From NCBI GenBank assembly GCA_038891095.1, contig JAWAEV010000013.1, positions 1-14,028 of the forward strand: a DNA stretch of 14,028 bases, in the 5' to 3' direction. Positions 1 to 8,008 of the stretch are shown here, in pieces. This stretch comes from Candidatus Altiarchaeota archaeon (lineage in GTDB: Archaea > Altiarchaeota > Altiarchaeia > IMC4 > QMZM01). The notes under the pieces were generated by a model, which was not told the origin of the DNA, searched no databases, and was given only the letters and a program-made list of their open reading frames with translations. The position numbers were made by a program, and so were the translations under genes. Within the stretch, counting starts at the first letter, position 1. Each line of letters opens with the position of its first letter.

Positions 1-2013
1 CCCCTCAATCATACGCATTGTATATCTGTTGAGATTCCCGATTGTTGTAACTGTTTTGTTAGCAATATCCTCTCTTGTAAAGAAACCCTCAAAGTAAATA
101 GGTAAATGGAAAAAGCCAGATAACAAAGAAGCATTCAAGCCTACAGTATAGTTATTCTCAACAACAATAACATAATTTTTTACACTAAAGTAAGTATCAT
201 ACAACACAGAGAAATTTGTTACTTCAAAAAATCTAATTGTTGCTGATGGATTTAGATTATACCAATCAATTGTTGCTCTATTGTCTAAGATGTGTTGATC
301 TCTAAGCCAATAAGCAAGAACATCATCAAAGTTAGGGTGCATTCTTGTCCCGTTTGGAATGAAAATTGTTACATGCTTTGGTTTATATTTTTTCATAAAT
401 TCAATTGCTGAATCAATATCAAAATCTCCATTTGGCTCCTGATGATAAATAAGTAAAGGGTATTTTTTATCCGCATTAGAATTCTCTAAGGATGGCCAAA
501 GAACAATTGGCATTAATGAAAGTATAAGTTTCCAATCAGTATCTGGAACTAAAAAAACTTCTCTGTCTCTGTAAGCAGTTAAATTCCAAGAATTTTCCAC
601 TTCTCTAGGATCTGTTATAGCAGAAGCAGAAGTTATATTCTGTACTGGAAAACTGAAAATTTTTTCCATCCTTTTCGAGAATTTCATATTTCCTACATTA
701 TCACAAGAGCTTATATTAAGGTAAATTTCATATCTTTCATATGGTGGCTCACTTTTTGGAATTGAATAGGAGCATAAATCTGAATAACATTCCTTTGAAA
801 ATGTTTCAAAGAAAGGAAATTCCTCTTCATCACAAACTTCTACTATCTCAGGAATGCCGCGCTCTATTTCAACTGTTTCATTTCTGCAGTGGCCTCTTAG
901 CTTAATAATTTTTTTAATTAAACCATCAACTTTAACTCTTTTAATTCCTGAATCATCAAATGCTTTAACAATTAGCTCAATATTCTCCTTAGTTGTTGCA
1001 TTTATTGGGGAAAAATAGATGTCTACTTCAGGAGGATTAACTTCTATAGGCTTGAAAATAAAGTCAAATGAATTTTCATTGCTTAAATTAACAATTCCAA
1101 AACCTGCGAATGTTAAATTTCTATTCCAAAAATTTCCTCTCCATTCACAGACATCATCAAATTTCTGGTAGAATGGAACAATCATATAAACACCTAAACA
1201 CAAATTTTCAAATTTATATGAGTTATGAGATGAAAGATTAACATATCGCTCTGTGCCTCTTTTACATATCCAGTTAATTTCTCTTGAAATTAAATCAGTT
1301 TCTCTAACTCCTATGGGAACAAATTGCAGATGAAATTCTGGTGTTATCCCAACAGGGGAGTAAGAAAATTCTGTGTCAATATCAACTCTCTCCTGAATTT
1401 CTGAAGAGAGTTTTTCAACTTCGCATAGTGAAATAGATAATGTCTTTGGGTGATAGGTAAAATTCATAATTTTTCCACCAATTGAATAAAAGCAACCTCT
1501 ATGCTCTATCGGCTTTATAGGATATTTGACTATAGAAATCGTGGTTGTAGTTGTTTTTTGTGTTGTTGTAGTTATTCTCTTTACCATTGTTGATGTTGTT
1601 GTGATTGTAGTGAAAGTTTTAATTTTTGTGCAAGTGCATTTATCTTTATATAAAATACAAATTTCTCCCTTTGGACAAATTCCTTGAGAGCAAAATTGTG
1701 GTTTCATTAATGAGCAAGTATATTCACCTAAGGTAGTAGTTGTTGAAGTTATTATCGTAGTTGTTGAAGTTACTTGCTTTAATTTCACGCATGTGCATGA
1801 ATTACTACTCGGCATTAACTCGCAAGAATAACCTATAGGACAAGTTCCTTTCATGCATGAAGGTGGTTTCATTGAACTGCAGGTATAGAAAATTAACCCA
1901 TTGACATTAAAATTCAAATGGATAGCAGTCAAAAATGCTAAGAGGAACACTACTAAAAATTTATTCAAATTTAATTGAAAAAACTCTCTGTGTTTTAGTT
2001 TTAATGGGAACAT
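1..2013 (-). CDS. Large secreted/surface protein (partial, runs off the left edge; at least 671 aa): signal peptide, two 6-Cys modules with Thr-rich linkers, beta-rich region, cell-wall-binding-2-like region
   Basis: Manual translation from ATG at 2013 is open to position 1 (MFPLKLKHREFFQLNLNKFLVVFLLAFLTAIHLNF...RYTMRMIEG). It has a hydrophobic N-terminus, YTCSxMKP..C..G.CP.G..C..CTC twice, and poly-Thr linkers. VIVVENNYTVGLNASLLSGFFHLPIYF resembles a CW_binding_2-type motif. Absent from the ORF track because no stop lies in the window. Confidence 0.9.
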   Translation of the reverse strand, partial: MFPLKLKHREFFQLNLNKFLVVFLLAFLTAIHLNFNVNGLIFYTCSSMKPPSCMKGTCPIGYSCELMPSSNSCTCVKLKQVTSTTTIITSTTTTLGEYTCSLMKPQFCSQGICPKGEICILYKDKCTCTKIKTFTTITTTSTMVKRITTTTQKTTTTTISIVKYPIKPIEHRGCFYSIGGKIMNFTYHPKTLSISLCEVEKLSSEIQERVDIDTEFSYSPVGITPEFHLQFVPIGVRETDLISREINWICKRGTERYVNLSSHNSYKFENLCLGVYMIVPFYQKFDDVCEWRGNFWNRNLTFAGFGIVNLSNENSFDFIFKPIEVNPPEVDIYFSPINATTKENIELIVKAFDDSGIKRVKVDGLIKKIIKLRGHCRNETVEIERGIPEIVEVCDEEEFPFFETFSKECYSDLCSYSIPKSEPPYERYEIYLNISSCDNVGNMKFSKRMEKIFSFPVQNITSASAITDPREVENSWNLTAYRDREVFLVPDTDWKLILSLMPIVLWPSLENSNADKKYPLLIYHQEPNGDFDIDSAIEFMKKYKPKHVTIFIPNGTRMHPNFDDVLAYWLRDQHILDNRATIDWYNLNPSATIRFFEVTNFSVLYDTYFSVKNYVIVVENNYTVGLNASLLSGFFHLPIYFEGFFTREDIANKTVTTIGNLNRYTMRMIEG
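1618..1887 (-). repeat. Two tandem Cys-rich protein modules (1777-1887 and 1618-1722) separated by a Thr-rich linker
   Basis: YTCSSMKPPSCMKGTCPIGYSCELMPSSNSCTCVKLK versus YTCSLMKPQFCSQGICPKGEICILYKDKCTCTKIK, with all six Cys conserved. Confidence 0.85.
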
Positions 2014-2039
2014 AAAATTTGTAGTTATAGATAAATAGG

Positions 2040-2053
2040 TATAAATTTATAAA
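2040..2053. promoter_or_regulatory. Divergent (bidirectional) archaeal TATA region
   Basis: The perfect palindrome TATAAATTTATA (2040-2051) gives TTTATA on both strands, about 27 nt upstream of the minus-strand ATG at 2013 and about 40 nt upstream of the plus-strand ATG at 2093. Confidence 0.55.
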
Positions 2054-2092
2054 AAACCAATAATAACAAAAGATAACAAAGGAAAATGCAAA

Positions 2093-2920
2093 ATGACAGA
2101 AAGAATAACCCTTGAGCTTAAGGACGAAGATGCATTAGTTTTAGAGCATTTAATAGACAAGAAAAAAATAAAAAACAAAAAGGAAGCGATTATGTTGATA
2201 ATAAGAAATTCTATTGCAAAAATTTTTATAAAAGAAGCATTTATTTTAGCTGGTGGTAAAGGCACTAGAATGAGACCGTTCACTTATGAAATTCCCAAAG
2301 CTTTAATACCTGTTAAAGGAAAACCTATTCTTGAATACATTCTCGAACTACTGAGGAAATATGAAATAAGAAATGCTATAATCTCTGTTGGATATTTAGG
2401 CCAAAAAATTCAGGAGTATTTTGGTGATGGCTCAAAATTTGGAATGAATATTACCTATATCGAAGAAAGAGAAGAATTTGGAACTGCTGGACCTTTAAGA
2501 TTAGCAGAAGAAAAGCTGAGAAGACCTTTTCTTATGTTCAATGGTGATGTTCTCTCAAATATAAATTTAAACAAATTGATAAAATTTCATTTATTGCATA
2601 AAGGTTTAGCAACAGTAACCTTAGTTAAGGTTCCGGATGTTTCAAATTTTGGAACTGTTAAGATGGATGGCAATAAAATTTCTCAATTTGTAGAGAAGCC
2701 AAATATTTGCTGTGAGGGCTTCATAAATGCTGGAATTTATGTTCTCGATCCAAAAGTTATCAGCTATGTACCCAAAGGATTTTCAATGATTGAAAAAGAT
2801 GTTTTTCCAAGATTGGCTTCTGAAGGCAAACTATTTGGCTACAAGTTTCAAGGTCAGTGGTTTGATACTGGAACTCATGAAGCTTATGAAAAAGCAATAA
2901 AGGAGTGGAAGGGAATTTAA
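2093..2920 (+). CDS. Sugar-1-phosphate nucleotidyltransferase (NTP_transferase, mannose-1-phosphate guanylyltransferase-like) with N-terminal ribbon-helix-helix-like extension
   Basis: Motifs ILAGGKGTRMRPFT..PKALIPV, EFGTAGPL, NGDVL, FVEKP, INAGIY, WFDTGT. The first ~43 aa (ERITLELKDEDALVLEHLIDKKKIKNKKEAIMLII) fit a beta-alpha-alpha RHH pattern. Confidence 0.9.
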   Translation: MTERITLELKDEDALVLEHLIDKKKIKNKKEAIMLIIRNSIAKIFIKEAFILAGGKGTRMRPFTYEIPKALIPVKGKPILEYILELLRKYEIRNAIISVGYLGQKIQEYFGDGSKFGMNITYIEEREEFGTAGPLRLAEEKLRRPFLMFNGDVLSNINLNKLIKFHLLHKGLATVTLVKVPDVSNFGTVKMDGNKISQFVEKPNICCEGFINAGIYVLDPKVISYVPKGFSMIEKDVFPRLASEGKLFGYKFQGQWFDTGTHEAYEKAIKEWKGI

Positions 2921-2957
2921 TTTAAGTTAAAATTTATCCAGATAAAACATTATAAAA

Positions 2958-4310
2958 ATGTCAATTTTCAGAGCATATGACATAAGAGGAATTTTCGGCA
3001 AAGATCTGACTTTGGAAATAGCTGAAAATATCGGAAAAGCTTTTGGAGTATATATTGGCAACAAAGGAGAAGTTGTTGTAGGAAGAGATTGTAGATTAAG
3101 TTCTCCTGAGCTAAGAGAGGCTATTGTTAATGGTTTGACCTCTTCTGGGTGTGATGTTCTTGACATTGGTATGGTGCCAACACCAGTTTTTTACTTTACT
3201 GTTCGTCATTACAAAAAATGTGCTGGAGTTATGATAACTGGCTCGCATAATCCTCCAGAATATAATGGCTTCAAACTTTGTAAAGGAGAGCATACTTTAT
3301 ATGGCGAAGAAATTCAAGAATTGAAGAAGATAATAAAAAGAAAAAAATTTAAAAAAGGAAATGTTAATGGATATGTAAAAGAGCAGGATGTTACTCAAAG
3401 CTATATAAATTTTTTGAAGAAGAAAATAAAGATAAAAAGAAAATTAAAAGCAGTTGTAGACCCTGGAAATGGAACCTCAGGGCCAATTGTTAGGAGGTTA
3501 TTCAAAGAGTTAGGTTGCGATATAATTGAATTGAACTTTGAGCCAGATGGCAGATTTTTAGCACATTTTCCTGACCCAACAGTTGACAAAAATTTAGAGC
3601 AGTTAATTAAAGCAGTAAGAGATGAAAATGCAGATTTAGGTATAGCATATGATGGCGATGCTGATCGTTTGGGCTTAGTAGATGATTTAGGTAATATTGT
3701 GCGAGGAGATCAAGCACTAATTTTGTTCTCAAGAGAAATTTTAAAGAAAAACAAAAGAGCTAAAATAATTTTTGAAGTAAAATGCTCTCAAGCATTAATT
3801 GAGGAAATTGAAAAGAATGGTGGCATTGGGATTATGTATCGCACAGGGCATTCTTTCATAAAGAAAAAAATGAAAGAGGAAAATGCTTTGCTTGCTGGAG
3901 AGATGTCAGGACATTTTTTCTTTAGAGATAATTATTATGGCTACGATGATGGAATTTTTGCATCTGCAAGGATGTTAGAATTACTTTCAAAAACTGAAAA
4001 GAAGTTCTCAGATTTAGTCAGAGAAATTCCAAAATATTTTTCAACTCCTGAGATAAGGATTCACTGCCCTGATAATGAGAAATTTAGAGTTGTTGAAGAG
4101 CTAACAAAAAATTTTCAACAGAAGGGTTATGATGTCATTACAGTTGATGGTGCAAGAATCCAATTTAAAGATGGTTGGGGTTTAGTTAGAGCATCAAATA
4201 CCGAGCCTGCCCTGATCTTAAGATTTGAAGCAAAAACAGAAGAAAATTTAGGAAGAATAGAAAATTTAATTAAAGAGGAATTAAGAAAGTTTCTATCATT
4301 ACAGCTTTGA
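2958..4310 (+). CDS. manB: Phosphomannomutase/phosphoglucomutase (AlgC/ManB-type alpha-D-phosphohexomutase)
   Basis: N-terminal IFRAYDIRG, catalytic TGSHNPPEYNGFK, metal loop DGDADR, sugar loop GEMSGH, C-terminal RASNTEP. Confidence 0.95.
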   Translation: MSIFRAYDIRGIFGKDLTLEIAENIGKAFGVYIGNKGEVVVGRDCRLSSPELREAIVNGLTSSGCDVLDIGMVPTPVFYFTVRHYKKCAGVMITGSHNPPEYNGFKLCKGEHTLYGEEIQELKKIIKRKKFKKGNVNGYVKEQDVTQSYINFLKKKIKIKRKLKAVVDPGNGTSGPIVRRLFKELGCDIIELNFEPDGRFLAHFPDPTVDKNLEQLIKAVRDENADLGIAYDGDADRLGLVDDLGNIVRGDQALILFSREILKKNKRAKIIFEVKCSQALIEEIEKNGGIGIMYRTGHSFIKKKMKEENALLAGEMSGHFFFRDNYYGYDDGIFASARMLELLSKTEKKFSDLVREIPKYFSTPEIRIHCPDNEKFRVVEELTKNFQQKGYDVITVDGARIQFKDGWGLVRASNTEPALILRFEAKTEENLGRIENLIKEELRKFLSLQL

Positions 4311-4368
4311 GTGATGAAAATTTTATCTCTGAACCAAAACTGGTTGTGATGAAACTTATGAGCGCTGA
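4311..4368 (+). ncRNA. Archaeal box C/D methylation guide sRNA (D guide complementary to a CAU anticodon loop; sR-tMet-like)
   Basis: Box C GTGATGA 4311-4317, 11-nt guide AAATTTTATCT, D' CTGA 4329-4332, short hairpin AACCA/TGGTT, C' GTGATGA 4346-4352, 12-nt guide AACTTATGAGCG, D CTGA 4365-4368. It fills the 60-nt gap between convergent genes. Confidence 0.88.
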
Positions 4369-4370
4369 TT

Positions 4371-5027
4371 TTATAGTATATCAAAGCTAAAGTCATGAAG
4401 ATTTATAATTGGTTTATCAAAATAATCTTCAGAAATTCTTGGACATGCTGTATTTAGCCACAAATCAACTTTAAATCCTAGTAATTTTTCTGGAGAAATT
4501 TCATCTCCAACAAATATAAATGCTTTTCTACCCTTTTTCTCAATTTGTTTTTTTATTTCAATAGCTTTTTTAAAGTTAAACTGATTTGTCTTTGTTGAAA
4601 CAAGAATTCCAAAAACTTTTGCAGAAAGTGCCTTTAAAATTGCTGCTTTTTTTCTTGCAATATACTTTTTTCTTTCATCATCTGAAATTTCATCTATGGA
4701 GTTAGTGTATGGATTAAAAATAATAACTGGTTTTTCAGTTCTTGCTGAGATTCCTAAAGCATGAAATTTTCCAGAGCCTATATAGATGAAGACATCGACT
4801 TTGTTTTTAACTTTTTCAATTTTTCCAAAACTACAACCCAAAATTTGTCCAAAAGCCACTACTTTTTTTCCTTTGCTCTGAAGAAATTTCTTTACTTTAC
4901 TTAGCTGTGCTAAATGTTGTGTAGTTGTAAATAGAGCAACTCTCTCATATTTTTCAATTTTTTTCAGAATTTTCTCATTAAGAAAAATTTTCTTTTTTGA
5001 ATAACAAGGGATAAAAAGAATTTTCAT
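4371..5027 (-). CDS. dph2: Diphthamide biosynthesis protein Dph2 (short form)
   Basis: Motifs FTTTQH, GQILGC, YIGSGKFH, GILVSTK..Q, NTACPRI..D..F.KPII. At 218 aa it is shorter than canonical archaeal Dph2. Confidence 0.88.
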   Translation of the reverse strand: MKILFIPCYSKKKIFLNEKILKKIEKYERVALFTTTQHLAQLSKVKKFLQSKGKKVVAFGQILGCSFGKIEKVKNKVDVFIYIGSGKFHALGISARTEKPVIIFNPYTNSIDEISDDERKKYIARKKAAILKALSAKVFGILVSTKTNQFNFKKAIEIKKQIEKKGRKAFIFVGDEISPEKLLGFKVDLWLNTACPRISEDYFDKPIINLHDFSFDIL

Positions 5028-5031
5028 GACA

Positions 5032-7899
5032 CTAAGTTTTTTTCTTTAACTCAACTTCCTTAAGCACATTTTTTATATCATGCGCAACATCTTCTTGCTC
5101 AGACCACTGAAGCTTTGCTATTGGCAATTTATCCAGTTTTGTTTCAATTATATAATGTAAAATTCTTTTTTCTTTCATACCAAGAGTGCCAAGATACCAC
5201 TTGGCGACTTTATCTTTCAATTTTTCATCAAAACCATCATGTGTTATAACATCAAGATTAGTTGCATCATCTGGCAATGGATCAATAACATAAACATCCT
5301 TTATTGGGGTTCTCTGGTTATTTTTTACTGTTAGATAGACAAAAACCTTTTTATTCTTTCTGGAAACTACTTTTTTTATTTCTGGCCCTCTACTTGGGGA
5401 TTCTTCACTTGTTATTTCCTTTAAACCTATAGAAGAGATATCAACCTTTTCTGAAATTTTTTTGCCCTCAATTTTTTCTCTCAATTTATCTTCAACTTTA
5501 GTGCTAAAAATAGGTGATATAGTATCAACATTAGCTACTAATTTTTTTTCATCTGTGACATTAGGGATTTCCTTTACAATCGTGACTTTTGGTTTCTCAC
5601 TTATAGTGCTTTCTTTTTTAATTTCAATCTTAGCTTCATCCTTAAATTTACTCTCATATTCCGAATTTATTCTTGGTTCAAGTGACTCAAGATAAAGTTT
5701 TGCAACATCAAAGCTGCCTTTTTTAACATTATCAAATGCTAAATTTAGCTCCAATTCTAAATCAAACACATCAACACCCACTTCTTTAAGTTTTTCTATT
5801 TTATCCTTGAGTTCTTCTATTTTTATGTTAAATTTATCATATCTCTCAAGCTCTTTATCACTAATTCTCTGAACACTATGTAGAATAGGTCTAAATGAGA
5901 TGAAATATGGTCTGCCTTTATTATACTCAGCATTTTGCAGCATTCCAGTACCAACTGCAGCCTTTACAACAGACCTTAAAATGTCTTCACCATACTTCAT
6001 TTTAATTCTTTCTAAGTCACCTTCATACCTTGCCCTCATCTGAATTTCTGTTCCAATGTTTGCTTTTATTTCTCCTACAAAATCTGAAAGAACTTGTGAT
6101 ATGAGGATAACTCCTAAGCCCCACTTCCTAAACTCTCTGACAGCATGCTCTACTTGAGTTAGACCATTGCCTGAGCCACCAAATTTAGGTAGCAATCTAT
6201 GAACTTCATCTATTATTATTAATGTTTTCAACTCATAAGTTTCTTCAAAACCACCAAGGAATACATCTCTAATAGCATTACTTATAAATGTCTCTATCTC
6301 AGGCGTCTCCAATTTATTCAGGCAGAAAACAGTAATCTCTCCTGGCTTTTGATATTTTTTAATGTCAATTTTTTTATTTGGATCTTTTACTATGTAAATA
6401 TTCCCATTAAATGCCCTAGCATCTTTTTCTTTCATTCCAAATTTTCCATACAAGGCAAACATTCCTTTGTCTTTATTTTTTCTAAGAAATCCTGTCCACT
6501 GAGCTGTTGGATCAAAAACTATAGCTGAGACATTTCTTTGTAAAGCTTCTTCAACAAGAACTTGTGCAGCAATTGTTTTTCCAGAACCAGTTGCTCCTGC
6601 TATTAGAACATGGGTTGTTAGCTTATCTATATCAAAAAATGCTCTCATAGCTGTTTCAGCTAATCTTCCAAGGAATCCTGCTCTTGGACCTGGCTGCGGT
6701 AAGGTACGCATTTCAATTGTTTCAAGATATCTGCGTTTTCTTGCTTCTTCTCTTTTGTGTAGGATATAGACTATAAAGAGAATGAAAATTAGTACTAAAG
6801 AACTTAATATCATCCATATAGGAATTCCAAAAATTGCAAATTCAAATAAAGAACGCTTTACTGTTATGGAACATGTTGCTAGCTCTCTTACCTTCACACC
6901 CTCTCTTGAGAATTCAGCTATTCCTCTGATTATATATCTGCCTTCAGGGATATCTTTTGATAAATTTATTTCTGTAATTACAGAAGTTGATGTTTCAACA
7001 CTCGCCTTTTGTGTTTGCTCTATAATTATATTATTACTTATTGGCTCAATAAGTTGGATTATCAAATCTAAATCTATTTTCCCAGAACCGCCGAGATTAT
7101 AGAGAGTTGTATCTACTCTTAAAGTCTGTCCTGGAGAAATCATCTCTGTGACAGGACTAACTTTTATATCTAAAATTTTCTCTCTTGATTGCAGAACTCT
7201 TATAGTTACTGGAACTACAGGTAAACTAATATTTCCAGAATTTATGATAATGTTTCCATAATATAATCCAGGTGGAGTCCCTGGAGGGATATATACACTT
7301 AAATTTATATGTCCTTCTGCTCCAGAAGGCAATGTTAATGTTGGGTTTTCTATATTTATTAGATCTGCAACAGTTCCATCAACTTTTGATGAAATAATTT
7401 TAGTTGAATTCAGATTATTTTTCACTAAAATCATAGTTGGAAGGTAATCACCAGGATCTAAATCGAAACTTATTGCCTGCGAGAGAACTTGTAAAGTTCC
7501 GCCTTTAGATTCTGATATTAAATTGTTTAGATTATTATGAATTTCATTAACTGTATTTCTCATTTGTTGGATTTCAGTATCAGTCGCTTCTCTGATTTTA
7601 GCAAGATTATCTTGAATTTCTTCTATTGATTTCCAAATTGATGTTGTGTCTATAGTAGCATTTGTTGTTTTATTTAGAGAAGAAAGCATTTCCTTGATTG
7701 TAGAAATCTCTCTTTCAATTCCAGAGATGTCTACTCTTCCACCACCAGCATATGGCGGGATAGTTATAGTTGTTGCAGTAGGTTGAAGATAATAATTATC
7801 ACCATAGTCAATCTCGTAATATGTACCATTCTGAACATAAGCAAAAACAAACACAGACATCAAAAGAATTGCTAATACTGTTTTATATACAATTTTCAT
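5032..7899 (-). CDS. Membrane-anchored HerA/FtsK-superfamily (DUF87-like) P-loop ATPase with extracellular coiled-coil and Ig-like domains
   Basis: Signal peptide (MKIVYKTVLAILLMSVFVFA), heptad-like region, beta-rich Ig-like segments, TM helix (IPIWMILSSLVLIFILFIVYIL) followed by a basic stretch. ATPase motifs: HVLIAGATGSGKT (Walker A 6574-6597), IVFDPTAQW, LIIIDEVH (Walker B 6199-6219), REFRKWGLGVILISQ. Confidence 0.88.
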   Translation of the reverse strand: MKIVYKTVLAILLMSVFVFAYVQNGTYYEIDYGDNYYLQPTATTITIPPYAGGGRVDISGIEREISTIKEMLSSLNKTTNATIDTTSIWKSIEEIQDNLAKIREATDTEIQQMRNTVNEIHNNLNNLISESKGGTLQVLSQAISFDLDPGDYLPTMILVKNNLNSTKIISSKVDGTVADLINIENPTLTLPSGAEGHINLSVYIPPGTPPGLYYGNIIINSGNISLPVVPVTIRVLQSREKILDIKVSPVTEMISPGQTLRVDTTLYNLGGSGKIDLDLIIQLIEPISNNIIIEQTQKASVETSTSVITEINLSKDIPEGRYIIRGIAEFSREGVKVRELATCSITVKRSLFEFAIFGIPIWMILSSLVLIFILFIVYILHKREEARKRRYLETIEMRTLPQPGPRAGFLGRLAETAMRAFFDIDKLTTHVLIAGATGSGKTIAAQVLVEEALQRNVSAIVFDPTAQWTGFLRKNKDKGMFALYGKFGMKEKDARAFNGNIYIVKDPNKKIDIKKYQKPGEITVFCLNKLETPEIETFISNAIRDVFLGGFEETYELKTLIIIDEVHRLLPKFGGSGNGLTQVEHAVREFRKWGLGVILISQVLSDFVGEIKANIGTEIQMRARYEGDLERIKMKYGEDILRSVVKAAVGTGMLQNAEYNKGRPYFISFRPILHSVQRISDKELERYDKFNIKIEELKDKIEKLKEVGVDVFDLELELNLAFDNVKKGSFDVAKLYLESLEPRINSEYESKFKDEAKIEIKKESTISEKPKVTIVKEIPNVTDEKKLVANVDTISPIFSTKVEDKLREKIEGKKISEKVDISSIGLKEITSEESPSRGPEIKKVVSRKNKKVFVYLTVKNNQRTPIKDVYVIDPLPDDATNLDVITHDGFDEKLKDKVAKWYLGTLGMKEKRILHYIIETKLDKLPIAKLQWSEQEDVAHDIKNVLKEVELKKKT

Positions 7900-7920
7900 T
7901 CTGTCTTATCTAAATTTATT

Positions 7921-7954
7921 AAATATTTTGTATATGAGCATATAAACCTTTCGC
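7921..7954 (-). promoter_or_regulatory. BRE-TATA promoter of the ATPase gene
   Basis: Minus strand reads GCGAAAGG TTTATATG CTCATATA CAAAATATTT, with the TATA box about 40 nt upstream of the ATG at 7899. Confidence 0.75.
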
Positions 7955-7983
7955 TCTCTGATTTCCAGTTTAAAAAATCCGTC

Positions 7984-8003
7984 AAAAAAGAAAAAAAGAA
8001 AAA
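7984..8003 (-). terminator. Oligo(T) archaeal terminator-like tract
   Basis: TTTTTCTTTTTTTCTTTTTT on the minus strand, just after the stop codon of the 722-aa gene. Confidence 0.55.
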
Positions 8004-8008
8004 TTAGA

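Noticed and set aside
2047-4396. Short minus-strand ORFs 2047-2283, 2927-3166, 3111-3293, 3401-3589 and 4127-4396
   Set aside because: They are antisense shadows of well-supported genes, with no motifs. 4127-4396 also overlaps the C/D sRNA.
5032-7899. Calling the ATPase the DNA-repair helicase HerA or a conjugative VirB4/VirD4
   Set aside because: It has a signal peptide, ectodomain and TM helix, and no nurA/mre11/rad50, relaxase, integrase or T4SS genes are in the window. Only the superfamily call is supported.
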